A stretch of DNA of 62,112 nucleotides, counting the filler, from Caldilineae bacterium (GTDB lineage Bacteria; Chloroflexota; Anaerolineae; DTLA01), in assembly GCA_037446815.1 (NCBI GenBank). It is 3 parts of 3 records of this genome, joined end to end, with 100 filler letters (N's around TTAATTAATTAA, not from the genome) between each part and the next. Parts side by side here need not be neighbours in the genome. Positions count along the whole stretch, not along the records: positions 42,262 to 62,112 come from JBBIHX010000044.1; 2 more parts are not named here. One strand, 5' to 3'. Below are positions 43,552 through 54,180 of this stretch, piece by piece (the stretch's first letter is position 1; every line of letters begins with the position of its first letter). The translations under genes and the position numbers were made by a program. Below the pieces are notes generated by a model that worked only from the letters and a program-made list of their open reading frames with translations, had not been told where the DNA came from and searched no databases.

Positions 43552-43676
43552 TTACTCTGTTTCTTCGGACTCGTCGCCATAGCCCATTCGCTGGTCGAAC
43601 CAGGCTTGCACGTGAGCGCCCGACATGAACCCGACCCAGAAGAACTGGTCCATGAACATCATGCCCATGTTGCGCA
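43552..43676 (-). CDS. 3' fragment of a small ORF (5' part in gap)
   Basis: Open frame ...RNMGMMFMDQFFWVGFMSGAHVQAWFDQRMGYGDESEETE*, followed by a hairpin at about 43502-43540. Confidence 0.35.
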
Positions 43677-44105
43677 NNNNNNNNNNNNNNNNNNNNNNNN
43701 NNNNNNNNNNNNNNNNNNNNNNNNNNNNNNNNNNNNNNNNNNNNNNNNNNNNNNNNNNNNNNNNNNNNNNNNNNNNAGCGGCATTCCCAAGTGGGTTCAG
43801 GTTGTGGCGGCGTGCCGCTTCGCAGCGTCATTCACAAGGTGGTGGCATCTCGCTCCGTTCTCCTCCTAGGACCGGTCAAGTCATGGGCCGCAGGGGGTTC
43901 TGAACCCCCCACGACGGTATCAACGCCCTCCCAGGACCCCTGGCCTGACGTTGCCCTCCTCCGTCAGCCTTCTTTTTGCCCACATCATAACCGACGTCGC
44001 GACAACTAGTGTCGCGTTGGGGACAAATTGGGCATTCTCGTGAGCGAAGCAATGCAATCTCGCGTGTGTGGGGATTGTTGTGCGCGCAATGACAGGTAGG
44101 ACAAC

Positions 44106-44140
44106 AACATACGACGCACCTCGGAGGTGCGTCGTATGTT
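44106..44140. terminator. Perfect hairpin downstream of the molybdoenzyme gene (repeat-derived, possible terminator)
   Basis: AACATACGACGCACCTC-G-GAGGTGCGTCGTATGTT. Confidence 0.45.
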
Positions 44141-44188
44141 CGCTACTCGTGCAGATTCGCGTTATTCGCGGAGGCCATCCAACCGGAA

Positions 44189-47100
44189 TCAGGCCCGCTC
44201 CACCCGTATCCGCGTGTCGTAGAAGACCGCGCTCCCGCCGACCAAGTCGCGCAAGCATGTGTTCGGATTGTGGGTGTCCGTACGCATGGCGGCGTTGGCG
44301 TGCACCCCGGTGATGCGGCGCCGATCCCCCTTGACGGTAACGCCGTCCACGATGATGTCCGTGCCGCCGTAGGCCCAATGCCCGTGACCCAACGAGAAGG
44401 CCACGACGCCAGGCCGAATCCCCTCAATCACCTTCAACTGCCCGACCATCGGCCATTCCGTCCCGTTGCCCAAATTCCACACGCCGGTGGGGTTCGTCTT
44501 GGACGAGATGCGAACGGTGTCGCCATCGCGGAGACCCAGCCGCGCCGCATCCTGCCGGTTCATCAGAACGAAGTTCTGAGGCAACACCCCCTGCAGCCAG
44601 TAGTTGCCGCTCGTTCGGCTCTTCGTCTGGACAATCTCGCGGTACGTGATGAGGTGCAGGTCGTAGCCCTCCTTCTCGTCCTCCAACAGATTGCCCAAAG
44701 CGTCGGTGGGCGCCGGGAAGTATCGCGGCACTCCCGACCAATGCTGGCCCGTCATGGAGTCCTTGACGTCATAGGTTTTCTCGCAGTACAAATTGATGTA
44801 CTTCCCATACTTGTTGGCCACCAGCGCGCCCTTGGTGGCCTTGCTCCAATCCTGGAACCTTCCGCCGCGGTTCAGGACGTACACCACCTTGCGCCACCAC
44901 TCATCGCCCACGGCAGCCTTCCATACCTCCGGGTCAAAGACCGTCTTGGGAAGGTGCCGCCTCGCCTCTAGGAAGATGCGCATCTCCTCGTCGTCAGCGT
45001 CGGGCACGACCTCGCCCGGCTCGCCCTTCTCGGGGTCCGGCTTCTTATCGCCGAAGGCCAGATTCGCCACCTCCTTCAGGTACAAATCCTCGCCCCGGAC
45101 GAACGGCTTCCCGTCGCCGAACCCGTTCGGGCCAAACCCCGGAAGCCCAAGCCGCTCGGCCAGGCCCAGGAGCATAGCCTCCAGGCTCAAGGGCTGCTCC
45201 ACGCCGAACACCTTGACGGTCTCCGTCAGCGGCGCAATCACCGGCTGCCGCACCGGGGCATTCTTCACCAGAACCGACGGGTGCGACTTGTGGAACTCCC
45301 ACCGCTCCAGGTACGAGAGGTCTGGGAAGATGTAGTCCGCGTACATGCTGGTCTCGCCCACCGTGATATCGGAGCAAATGAACAGCGGGAGTTTCTTGGG
45401 ATCCTTGAGCACCTGTATGTTGGTGTGCCCGGCGGGCAGCGCGTACACCGGCGACCCCATGTACAGGATCACCGCTTTGATGGGATACGGATACGCATCG
45501 CCGATAGACGGCACCAGTTCCTCGTAGATGTCGGATGACAGCGGGAACCAGGGCCGCTTGGCCGGGTAGCCGTCGCGATCGTAGAGGGTGCTCTCCTGAT
45601 ATTTGCTGCTCCGGATGATGGTGATGCCGAACGGGCTTATCTTCCCCGGGTGCATCGCGCTGATGGGGAAAGGCTGCCCCGGCTTTCCACCCGCCTGCTC
45701 GTAGGCGCTGGTCTTGATCATGCCCCCGGCGTAATCATAGTTGCCCACCAAGAGGTTGAGCGCAAACCATGCCTGGACGTTGTAGTACCCGTTGGTGTGC
45801 TGGCTCGCGCCGCGGTGCACATCGGCAGCGGATTTGCGCCCGTGCTTCACGAATTCGGCGGCGATGGCCCGCACGTCTGAAGCCGAAACGCCGCAGATGT
45901 CGGCCCACTCCTCCAGCGAGTGCTCGGCGGCCGCGTCGTACAGCACCTGCAAGGCGCTCTTCACGCGGCTGTCGCCGTCCTTGCCCTTGAGCGTCGTGTC
46001 CACCAGCAAGTCCCCTTCCACGGCAACCTTTGCATCGTTCGGGTCAAAGGGGACAGGCTGGCCGTCTTTGAGCACGACAAACGGGTCAAAATCCCACTGG
46101 CCGGAACCGCTCGCCTTGTCCCGCTTCTCCGGAGCGAGGCCGAGGTCCGAGCCGCGCAGCAACTTGCCCGGGCGCCCCTGCGCGTCCACTTTCACCAGCC
46201 ACGAGGCATTGCAGTAGGTCGGCTCCTTATCGGCGTCGGCGGCGGCCTTGTTCGCGTTCGCCAGATAGCCCTTGTTGTAGGCGTCCGCCTCTATGACAAG
46301 GCGGATGAGAGCCAGAGCAAGCGCGCCTTCGGTGCCCGGCTTTGCCGGAAGCCATTTCCACGCCTTGGCGGCCGTCTTGGAGAGGCGGGGGTCCACCACC
46401 ACATAGCGGAGCCGCCCAGATGCCAGCCCCTCGGTGATCCTGCGAGCGCGGAGCGGTGGGCCGTAGTTCCCCTCAAATGGCGACGCCCCGACGAAGATTA
46501 CGAACTCCGCATTCTCCAGGTCGCACTGCCAGTAGAACTTGTCGCCCCCGGTGAACTTCCCCTCCGAGAACTGTTCGCTCATGGCCTTGCCGGTGAAGTA
46601 CAGGCTGCCCTGGCACACCGTCGTGTGTCCGTGGGCATTGATGGAGCCGAATGCGTTCAGCGTGAAACGCTTGATGAGGTCGGCCCGCCCATCTTTCAGC
46701 CTGCCCCAGATGAAGCAGAACTGGTTGTTCTTGGGGCCCAAGTCGGGATGGTCGGGGTCAATCAAGGTGTCCAGGTGAGCCGCATACTTGGACTTGAACT
46801 CTTCTACCAGAGCCTTGCGCTTCGCCTTATCTTTCTCGGCCGCGATTTTGGCCACGTCCGCGGCCATATCCTTCGCAACCTGGGGGTCGCGCAGCGCGTA
46901 CAGGTCCTTGAGCCCATCCACATGGCCTTCGCCGAAGAGATTGCCGCCGTTCACGATTTCATCCAGCGCCTGGTCAAAGGGTATGGAGACCCACTTGCCG
47001 CTGCCGCGCGGGCCCGCTCGCTTCAGGACCTGCCGAATCCGATAAGGGTCGTACACCGTCTGCACCCCTGCTTGGCCCTTGGGGCATATCCACCCCTCCA

Positions 47101-47413
47101 GGCGCGCCGATTCCTTCGGCGATGTTACGTATGGGATGTGCGGCCACATGGACATCGGGCTGTACGGGCTCCCGTCAATCTTGACCGCGACGCCCTCTTG
47201 TATCTTGACCTTGATGCCACAACCCGTGTTGCACTGCAGACAGGTGGTGTGTATCTGAGTCTCTGGCCGTGCGAAGGGATAGTCGTTGCGCTCAAGCCCT
47301 GCTGCCGCTGCCGGCTTTCCCTGTCGCGCCAGCACCGAGAGTGCAGACTCCAAAACGGCCGTTCCCCCGAGGAAAGCCGTCGTTTTCAGAAAATCTCGCC
47401 GGGTGAAATCCAT
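44189..47413 (-). CDS. Tat-exported molybdopterin oxidoreductase catalytic subunit, TtrA/SrdA-like
   Basis: TRRDFLK Tat motif; CLQCNTGC...CPKG; YDPYR; ADYIFPD..YLER; C-terminal FYDTRIRV. Confidence 0.85.
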   Translation of the reverse strand: MDFTRRDFLKTTAFLGGTAVLESALSVLARQGKPAAAAGLERNDYPFARPETQIHTTCLQCNTGCGIKVKIQEGVAVKIDGSPYSPMSMWPHIPYVTSPKESARLEGWICPKGQAGVQTVYDPYRIRQVLKRAGPRGSGKWVSIPFDQALDEIVNGGNLFGEGHVDGLKDLYALRDPQVAKDMAADVAKIAAEKDKAKRKALVEEFKSKYAAHLDTLIDPDHPDLGPKNNQFCFIWGRLKDGRADLIKRFTLNAFGSINAHGHTTVCQGSLYFTGKAMSEQFSEGKFTGGDKFYWQCDLENAEFVIFVGASPFEGNYGPPLRARRITEGLASGRLRYVVVDPRLSKTAAKAWKWLPAKPGTEGALALALIRLVIEADAYNKGYLANANKAAADADKEPTYCNASWLVKVDAQGRPGKLLRGSDLGLAPEKRDKASGSGQWDFDPFVVLKDGQPVPFDPNDAKVAVEGDLLVDTTLKGKDGDSRVKSALQVLYDAAAEHSLEEWADICGVSASDVRAIAAEFVKHGRKSAADVHRGASQHTNGYYNVQAWFALNLLVGNYDYAGGMIKTSAYEQAGGKPGQPFPISAMHPGKISPFGITIIRSSKYQESTLYDRDGYPAKRPWFPLSSDIYEELVPSIGDAYPYPIKAVILYMGSPVYALPAGHTNIQVLKDPKKLPLFICSDITVGETSMYADYIFPDLSYLERWEFHKSHPSVLVKNAPVRQPVIAPLTETVKVFGVEQPLSLEAMLLGLAERLGLPGFGPNGFGDGKPFVRGEDLYLKEVANLAFGDKKPDPEKGEPGEVVPDADDEEMRIFLEARRHLPKTVFDPEVWKAAVGDEWWRKVVYVLNRGGRFQDWSKATKGALVANKYGKYINLYCEKTYDVKDSMTGQHWSGVPRYFPAPTDALGNLLEDEKEGYDLHLITYREIVQTKSRTSGNYWLQGVLPQNFVLMNRQDAARLGLRDGDTVRISSKTNPTGVWNLGNGTEWPMVGQLKVIEGIRPGVVAFSLGHGHWAYGGTDIIVDGVTVKGDRRRITGVHANAAMRTDTHNPNTCLRDLVGGSAVFYDTRIRVERA

Positions 47414-47452
47414 CGCTAACCTCCAACTGTGAGATGCTTATCCTGCGCGGCC

Positions 47453-48694
47453 CTAGCCGGCCGCGCCTTCGGCCTCGCGCTCCAGGGGCAACAGCCCCAC
47501 CCCCAAAGCGAAGAGGATAAACGCGATACCTATGGCGAACACGGACACGAGCCACTCCATTGCCGTCGGCACATACCGCGCGATGTAGTTGAGATGCGGC
47601 TCTATGAATGCCGTCTCTATGCCGGGCAACTCGGCCGTCGCGAAGCCGGGCAGAACGATGTTCCACCGAATGCCCACGAACCCCACCACCGAGATGAGCG
47701 CCGCCAGGCCCGTCGCGAGGCCGCTGCGACGACCCACTGTAACCAGGAGCACCGACGGAATGCCCACGGCGAATCCGAGGCCCAGCACCCAGAAGATCCA
47801 CCAATTGGGGCCGAACAATTGCTCATGGATCGGCACAAAGTGCGACGGCGCGGTCCCATACAGGCTCACCAGAAACTCGGCCACCTCCATGAGCACCTCA
47901 ATAAAGATCAACCCCAACAGCAAGCGCCCCAGCGCCAGCACGGTCTCCTTGTTCTTCTGGTAGCCGTTGGGGATGACAAAGGCCGCAACGGCCGTCAGGA
48001 GCGCGCCGCCGGAAGCCAGCGCCGACACCAGGAACAGCAGCGGGAACAGGCCGCTGTACCAGTACGCGCGGGCGATTGTAACGGCAAAGACCGTACCGGT
48101 GCCGCCATGAAACGCAATGGCCAGCGGCACGCCGATGGCGCCCAGGACACGCACAACCCGCAGGTCGCGTTCCTCCGCTTCGTGTGAGCCATCCTTTGTG
48201 CCCAGGGCGAGCACCCGGTACAGCCTGCTCTTGAATCCCTGCCCGGAAGCCCCACGGGCGAAACTGCGCCGCATGAGGAACCACGCCTCGGCCAACAAGA
48301 GCACCAGGTAAGCCGTGTACAGCCAGACAATCCACGCCAGAGGAGATTCAAAGTCCGGGCGGAAGAACACCTCGGCGAAACGCTCCATGTGCCCCAGGTC
48401 CACCCAGATGAAGAGCAGCGCCGTCAGTAGGGCGATGAGGGCCGTAAACACGGCGATGCGCCCCACCGGCTCAAAACGCTTCATGCCGAATACATACACC
48501 AGAGAGGAAATCAGGAATGCGCCGGCCGACAGGCCGATGAAGTAGATGTAGAAGACCACCCACAGCGCCCAGGGGACAGGAGACCCGTACCCGACGTGAA
48601 GCAACCCATAGCGGATGCGGTCCACCATGCCCACCGACCCTGCCAGCACGGCCAGGATGCCGATGCCGAGAAGCAGCCACAAGCGTTTTCGCAT
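47453..48694 (-). CDS. NrfD/PsrC family membrane anchor
   Basis: VPWALWVVFYIYFIGLSAG, DLGHMER, SPLAW, RWNIV. Confidence 0.9.
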   Translation of the reverse strand: MRKRLWLLLGIGILAVLAGSVGMVDRIRYGLLHVGYGSPVPWALWVVFYIYFIGLSAGAFLISSLVYVFGMKRFEPVGRIAVFTALIALLTALLFIWVDLGHMERFAEVFFRPDFESPLAWIVWLYTAYLVLLLAEAWFLMRRSFARGASGQGFKSRLYRVLALGTKDGSHEAEERDLRVVRVLGAIGVPLAIAFHGGTGTVFAVTIARAYWYSGLFPLLFLVSALASGGALLTAVAAFVIPNGYQKNKETVLALGRLLLGLIFIEVLMEVAEFLVSLYGTAPSHFVPIHEQLFGPNWWIFWVLGLGFAVGIPSVLLVTVGRRSGLATGLAALISVVGFVGIRWNIVLPGFATAELPGIETAFIEPHLNYIARYVPTAMEWLVSVFAIGIAFILFALGVGLLPLEREAEGAAG

Positions 48695-48706
48695 CTTCCC
48701 CCCTCC

Positions 48707-49438
48707 CTACAGCAAGTAGTAGACGCTGGGCTCCGTGCCCAACTCTTCCTTGAGGCGCATTACGCGGGGTGAACTGGCCGCCTGGGCCACAAGGCTCTCG
48801 GGGTCGTTCAAATCCCCGAAAATGCGCGCGCCGCCGATGCACGTGCTGATGCAAGCCGGCAGCATCCCAGCTTCCAGCCTGTGCAGACAGAACGTGCACT
48901 TGCGGGCATTCCCGATGGGCGACTCGTTCCGCCTGTCCGGCGTGCGACTATGCTTGCGCCCGTACTCGTAGGCGGGCGCAGTATCGTAAGCCGCAACGGT
49001 CGGCGTCTGACCTGCGGTGTAGAAATCGCCAAAGTCAAAACTGCGCGCCCCGTACGGGCAGGCCGCCAAGCAATAGCGGCAGCCGATGCACACATCGTAG
49101 TTGACGATGACAATGCCATCGGGCCTGCGGTAGGTCGCATTGACGGGGCACACTTTGGTGCACGGGGGATGTTCGCACTGCTGGCATGGGCGAGGCAGGA
49201 ACCGGCGCGTAACGTTGGGGTAGCGGCCAATCTCCTCTTCAATCACCACGTGGTAGGAAACGCCCGGTGGGGTCTTGTTCTCGGACTTGCACGCGATGGT
49301 GCAGGCGTTGCAGCCCACGCACTTGAGCAGGTCTATCGCCATCCCCCAGTGCCTCTCGTGCATGGGCTTCTTGAGCGCCCGATCCAGGTCCTCGTGCATT
49401 CGCAGAATCATGTTTTCCACTTGCAGCAATACAGGCAT
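48707..49438 (-). CDS. 4Fe-4S dicluster subunit (TtrB/NrfC-like)
   Basis: [43 protein letters not shown]. Confidence 0.92.
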   Translation of the reverse strand: MPVLLQVENMILRMHEDLDRALKKPMHERHWGMAIDLLKCVGCNACTIACKSENKTPPGVSYHVVIEEEIGRYPNVTRRFLPRPCQQCEHPPCTKVCPVNATYRRPDGIVIVNYDVCIGCRYCLAACPYGARSFDFGDFYTAGQTPTVAAYDTAPAYEYGRKHSRTPDRRNESPIGNARKCTFCLHRLEAGMLPACISTCIGGARIFGDLNDPESLVAQAASSPRVMRLKEELGTEPSVYYLL

Positions 49439-49439
49439 A

Positions 49440-50111
49440 TCACTCCCTCCTTTCTATCTGACACTCTACAGCAACTGCCACCTTGTGCTTCGGCGTAGGG
49501 CTTGCCAGCGCCGCGTGAGGGCCAGCGGGCACAGCCAACTGGGCCTGGGCCAGGTCCTCAGGCGTGTTCAGATTGCGGAACGATCGGAAGTCGGGATCCA
49601 GACGGGCGATCGCTTCCGACTCCAGGTAGCGCGTTCGCACCAGCGGGTACAAGTCCAGGGGGCACAGTTGCCCCGACTTCAGCATCCCCTCAATGGGCTC
49701 CAGGCACGCGCGCGAATACACCGCCAGCAGGGGCTCCAAGTGATCATCCACGCGCGGCACCAGGACATCCCAGCCTTCCGCCATCCGCACCATGTGGCGC
49801 AAGAGGCTGGGGCTCAAGAAGGGCATGTCGCATGCCGCGATGACACAATACGGGAAACCCGCAACACGCAGCGCAGTGTGAATGCCCCCCAGCGGGCCGG
49901 CATCCGGAATTAGGTCATGTGTCCCGCGCAGGCCAAGCCACGGATACTGCTCCGCGCCCCTACCCACCAAGAACACGTCATCACTCACCGAGCGAAGCGC
50001 ACGGGCCACGCGCTGGACAATGGGAACTCCCCCCACGGTCAACAGGGCCTTGTCCATTCCCATGCGGCGGCTCTTGCCGCCAACCAGCACCGCGCCACTC
50101 ACTCTGTGCAT
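49440..50111 (-). CDS. mobA: Molybdenum cofactor guanylyltransferase
   Basis: [34 protein letters not shown]. Confidence 0.92.
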   Translation of the reverse strand: MHRVSGAVLVGGKSRRMGMDKALLTVGGVPIVQRVARALRSVSDDVFLVGRGAEQYPWLGLRGTHDLIPDAGPLGGIHTALRVAGFPYCVIAACDMPFLSPSLLRHMVRMAEGWDVLVPRVDDHLEPLLAVYSRACLEPIEGMLKSGQLCPLDLYPLVRTRYLESEAIARLDPDFRSFRNLNTPEDLAQAQLAVPAGPHAALASPTPKHKVAVAVECQIERRE

Positions 50112-50114
50112 GCG

Positions 50115-51344
50115 CTATCTCCCATCGCCTGCCCGAACGCGACGGGCCAGAAGGCCCCGCCGAACCTGATCCAGCAGGATGCCAATGCCGAACCCCAGGG
50201 CCAGGTTCTGCGTCGCAAACCCCACGCCGGCAATGGTCAAGGCAATGGCCAACTCATCCCACGTGCGCAGGTCACGGACCAACATCCCATGCTGAAACCC
50301 CACAAACCCCAGGAGCACCCCGAGCACGGGGTATGGGATGAGCATCAAGATAGGAACGACGTTCCCATCCACGAAGAGCGCAAGCGCCAAGCAGAGGACA
50401 CCCATCAACGCCGGAGCCAGACCCGACCGCGCGCCGAACTTGTAGTGCGCGGTCAGCCCGCCAGAGCCATGACACACAGGAGCGCCGCCGAAGAGGGCCG
50501 CTACCAGTTGGAATATCCCCATCGTCTTCAGCAAGTTCTGGGGCGTAACCCGCGCAGCACGATAGCCGAAGTACTGCTGGGCAGTGTCCACCGTGGCGAA
50601 TACCGCGTTGCCCAACGTCAGCGGAATCTGCGGCAGCACCAAGAAGACGAAGGCGCTCGCCAAGTCGCTTGCACTGGGCAACCCCGGCTTCGGCAGGCTC
50701 ACCCCCACCCGCACTTCGCCCAGAACGGAGCGGAGTCCGCCGCTGACTGCGACGGTCAGCACCCCGCACAGGACTAGAATCAGGGCGGAGGGCCAACCCT
50801 TGCGTCGGCGCATCAGCCACGCAAGCAGGAGAATCATGCCGCCGGTCAGCAGCCAACTGACGGGGATGGATCGGCCGGCCAGGTGCAGCGCGGCTTCGGG
50901 CGCTCCCCCAACCATCTGGGAGCGGGTAGCCAGCGAGATGCCGCTCCGCAGCAGCAGCGCGCCGACACCCAACTGTATGCCGCGAACCACCGGCCGGCTG
51001 AACAGTTGGCCGATGCGGGTTCCAAGGCCCGTGAAGGCGAAGACAAGCAGAAGAATGCCCATCCACCAACCCGCCGCCACGACCGTGCTGGCGCGAAGTT
51101 GCTGCGCAACGGCAATCGCCGCGACGGCCTTGAGGGGCTGTACCGGGAGCGGAAGGCCATAGAACAGGCCGGTGGCCAAATACGCGACGCCGAAACCGAA
51201 GAAGACGCCCGTGGCCGATAGGCCGTTCACCGTAATCAGGGCAGCAGCGATGGGCAGCAGGACGCCGATATCCCCAAACGCCCCGCTGATTTCGCCCCAT
51301 GCGAGGCGAAACCCTGTCTGCGCTCCTCGTTGGCGCTTGGCCAT
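50115..51344 (-). CDS. Putative molybdate/sulfate transporter (MOT1-like)
   Basis: EISGAFGDIG, PLPVQPLKA, PQIPLTLGNAV, CHGSGGL.AHY.FGAR. Confidence 0.85.
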   Translation of the reverse strand: MAKRQRGAQTGFRLAWGEISGAFGDIGVLLPIAAALITVNGLSATGVFFGFGVAYLATGLFYGLPLPVQPLKAVAAIAVAQQLRASTVVAAGWWMGILLLVFAFTGLGTRIGQLFSRPVVRGIQLGVGALLLRSGISLATRSQMVGGAPEAALHLAGRSIPVSWLLTGGMILLLAWLMRRRKGWPSALILVLCGVLTVAVSGGLRSVLGEVRVGVSLPKPGLPSASDLASAFVFLVLPQIPLTLGNAVFATVDTAQQYFGYRAARVTPQNLLKTMGIFQLVAALFGGAPVCHGSGGLTAHYKFGARSGLAPALMGVLCLALALFVDGNVVPILMLIPYPVLGVLLGFVGFQHGMLVRDLRTWDELAIALTIAGVGFATQNLALGFGIGILLDQVRRGLLARRVRAGDGR

Positions 51345-51460
51345 AGATGAGTGTCCTCTAGCGTGTCAGGACGCCTTCGGGCCTTCCTCACCGCATTGGC
51401 GCAAGGAATGCCCATCGTCCCATCAGGGTCAGTATAGGGCGAACGAGAAGCGCTGTATAG

Positions 51461-51518
51461 AAGGGAAACTATGGCAACGTGTAGGGGAAACTCCTGGAAA
51501 CGGGTAGGGGAAAACCCT
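51461..51518. promoter_or_regulatory. Repeated response-regulator-like binding sites
   Basis: GTAGGGGAAACTCCT (51481) and GTAGGGGAAAACCCT (51504), weaker copy at 51461; -10 TATACT at 51431-51436 on minus strand. Confidence 0.55.
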
Positions 51519-51535
51519 TGTGAGCCCAATCGCTT

Positions 51536-52225
51536 TCAGGGCTCCAACAGCCCTCGCTCCATTGCGTACCGGACGATATCGGCCCGCGTCTGGAATCCGA
51601 GTTTTACCATCAGGCGCGCGCGGTACGTCTCCACCGTCTTCACGCTGAGGCATAACGTGTCGGCGGCCTGCTGATTCGTATAGCCCAACGCGATGAGGCG
51701 GAGCACCTCCTGCTCTCTCGGGCTGAGTTGGGGCTCCGCGGCTTCCGGCTGACGGGACTTCCCGCGCTCCGCCATGCTATCCAGGAGGAGTCTCGCGTGG
51801 GACGGATGCAAATACGTGCCGCCGCTGTGCACGGCGCGGATGGCGGACAGGAGCTCCGTATCGGCGGCCTGCTTCAGCACGTAGCCGGAAGCGCCTGCGG
51901 CGAGAGCCTCGCGCACGTGGGCCTCGTCGTCGTGCATGGTGAGGATGAGAACACGGGGCGGTCTGGGGAGCTCGCCGATATGCCGCAGCGCGTCCAACCC
52001 ACCCACGCGCGGCATGGTGATGTCCAGCAGCACGATGTCCGGCGCGACCTCGCGAATCCGTGGCAGCACCTCGCTGCCGTCTGCGGCCTCGCCCACAACC
52101 TCAATGTCCGGCTCCGCATCTAGCAACATGCGCAGCCCGGCGCGCAACACGGCGTGATCGTCCGCGATTAGGACTCGGATAGGGGCGGCTGTGCCAAGTC
52201 GTTTGTCCCTTGTGGCTGCACCCAT
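51536..52225 (-). CDS. NarL/LuxR family response regulator
   Basis: IADDH, LLDITMP, GYVLK, LSPREQEVL...SVKTVETY. Confidence 0.93.
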   Translation of the reverse strand: MGAATRDKRLGTAAPIRVLIADDHAVLRAGLRMLLDAEPDIEVVGEAADGSEVLPRIREVAPDIVLLDITMPRVGGLDALRHIGELPRPPRVLILTMHDDEAHVREALAAGASGYVLKQAADTELLSAIRAVHSGGTYLHPSHARLLLDSMAERGKSRQPEAAEPQLSPREQEVLRLIALGYTNQQAADTLCLSVKTVETYRARLMVKLGFQTRADIVRYAMERGLLEP

Positions 52226-54180
52226 AATGCCTCCAGAGGTATCTCCACGGAGATCGTTGTCCCCGCGCCTGGGCTGGATTCAATCATGAATCGCCCGCCC
52301 ACAAGAGAGGCTCGTTCCTCCATGCCGTACAGGCCCAGGCTCTCGCGCGTCGCCGATTGGCCCATCGCCCGCGCGGGGTCAAATCCCACGCCGTCGTCCT
52401 CTATCAGCAGGACAATGGCATCGGGGCGGCGTTCCAGCAGCACGCTGGCGCGGGTGGCTTTCGCATGCCGGGCGATGTTTGTCAGCGCCTCTTGCACGAT
52501 GCGATACAAAGTGCTCTCAATCTCCCGCGGCAACCGCATGTCTTCAAACCCCGCTGCGACGAAATCCGCTCGGAATCCGAACCGTGCCGCTTGCGCGCTG
52601 ACGTAGCGCCTCAACGCCGGCACCAGGCCCAGGTCGTCCAGGGCCGCGGGCCGCAGTTCAAACGCCAAATCCCGCACCGATTCCAGGGTTTCGGATACCA
52701 AGCCGCGTAACTCCGCCGCGAGCGCGCGCGCCTGTTCCAGCGTGCGTGCGCCCTCCATGACCTTGAGGGCAACCAGGAGCGAAGTCATGGCCTGGCCGGT
52801 CTCATCGTGCAACTCTCGCGCGATGCGACGCCGCTCGTCTTCCTGCGCGGCGATGGTCTTGCGCAAGAGGTGTCCGCGCATCGCCTCCTTGCGGCGCAGT
52901 TCCTCCCACAGTCGGGCATTCTCAAAGGCCAGGCCCAGTTGGCGCCCCACCGCGGACAGCAGGGCCATGTCCGGCGCGTCAAAGCAACTTCCGTGCGCGC
53001 AGACTAGATTGAGGAGCCCCACAACGCGCTCGTTCACAAGCAGCGGAACAGCCACATGCCCGGACGCGCTGCGGGCATCTCCCGCAGTCGCGCCAGCCGG
53101 GCATCCTTCAGGGAGTGGTCGGATGATGACAACTTCGCCGGTCTCTATCGCGCGGCGACAGGCCTTGCACTCCCCGCAACATGCGCGGTCCGCCCGATAG
53201 CGTGGTGCTCCGGCGCCGTGAGTGCAAATGCGGCAGGACATGTCATTGTCCAGGATGCATATCCAGCCGCCAGGCGCCCCCATGAGGGCCGTTACGCGGT
53301 CAAGCGCGCGCTCCAGCGCCTCTTCCTGGCCCAGCGGGCCCGATAGCGCATGGGAAACCTCGTAGAGGACCGACAGTTCTCGGTTCCGCTGCCACAACTG
53401 CTCATTGGCGGCCTCCATCTCCCTGCGCGACCGATCCAGCGTTTCCACCATCACGTTGAACGTCGCCTGCAGTTGGCCGATCTCGTCCGAAGCCCAGGGC
53501 GTAAGGCGGTGCGCCAAGTCGCCGCCCGCGACACGGTTCGCCGCGTCCCCAAGTTCCATGATGGGGCGGAGGAGGAGCCACGTCAACCCCAGGCTAATCG
53601 CAATGCCCAGAAGGGACACGGCGACGGTGGTCAAGAGAATGCGGCGGGTGATGCTCTGCGTCGTAGCCGTCATGCGGTTCAGCGACATGCCTATCCGCGC
53701 AATGCCCGCGCGTCCCTCAAAGACCGGAACCGCGATGTCTTGGATCAACCCTTCTTCGGTTTGGAGGATTTCCACGTGGTGCGACTCGCCCGGCGGCAGG
53801 ACATTGGCGGCCAGAAGGTCGGTCGGAAAACCGCTGTCAAACGAGTCGGCCAGCACCCGCCCGCGGGGGTCCAGGACAAACGCGTAGCGCACATCCTGGT
53901 TAGCCGGCACAACGCCGTGCATGAGTTCGTGGAGCACATACAGATTGTTGGTCAGGATGGGATCGGTGGCACGATTCGCCAGGTCGTGGGCGATGGACAG
54001 CCCCCGCTGTTCCAGTTCCCACCGAAGCGTTTGGGTTACCAACTCGTGCACCAGAGCGCTTGTGCTCAAGCCCAGGAGGATAATCATTGCCAGGGCGATG
54101 CCCACTACCTTGGTGCGCAGGCTAACCCCGCCAACCAGTCGCCAGATCGCGCGCGCCCACCTGTGCGATTGCCCGCTCAC
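52168..54180 (-). CDS. HAMP-GAF sensor histidine kinase (HisKA_3)
   Basis: Two TM helices, HAMP, ERRRIARELHD, QEALTNIARH, DDGVGF, GLYGMEER. Confidence 0.92.
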   Translation of the reverse strand: MSGQSHRWARAIWRLVGGVSLRTKVVGIALAMIILLGLSTSALVHELVTQTLRWELEQRGLSIAHDLANRATDPILTNNLYVLHELMHGVVPANQDVRYAFVLDPRGRVLADSFDSGFPTDLLAANVLPPGESHHVEILQTEEGLIQDIAVPVFEGRAGIARIGMSLNRMTATTQSITRRILLTTVAVSLLGIAISLGLTWLLLRPIMELGDAANRVAGGDLAHRLTPWASDEIGQLQATFNVMVETLDRSRREMEAANEQLWQRNRELSVLYEVSHALSGPLGQEEALERALDRVTALMGAPGGWICILDNDMSCRICTHGAGAPRYRADRACCGECKACRRAIETGEVVIIRPLPEGCPAGATAGDARSASGHVAVPLLVNERVVGLLNLVCAHGSCFDAPDMALLSAVGRQLGLAFENARLWEELRRKEAMRGHLLRKTIAAQEDERRRIARELHDETGQAMTSLLVALKVMEGARTLEQARALAAELRGLVSETLESVRDLAFELRPAALDDLGLVPALRRYVSAQAARFGFRADFVAAGFEDMRLPREIESTLYRIVQEALTNIARHAKATRASVLLERRPDAIVLLIEDDGVGFDPARAMGQSATRESLGLYGMEERASLVGGRFMIESSPGAGTTISVEIPLEALWVQPQGTNDLAQPPLSES

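Larger units (their letters stand above)
42327..43935 (-). repeat. CRISPR-like 37-bp repeats with gene-sized spacers
   Basis: Copies at 42327-42363, 42842-42878, 43456-43492 and a half copy at 43917-43935; e.g. GTCGAAAGACGCCTAATGCCTGGAAGGGCATGGATAC. Confidence 0.75.
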
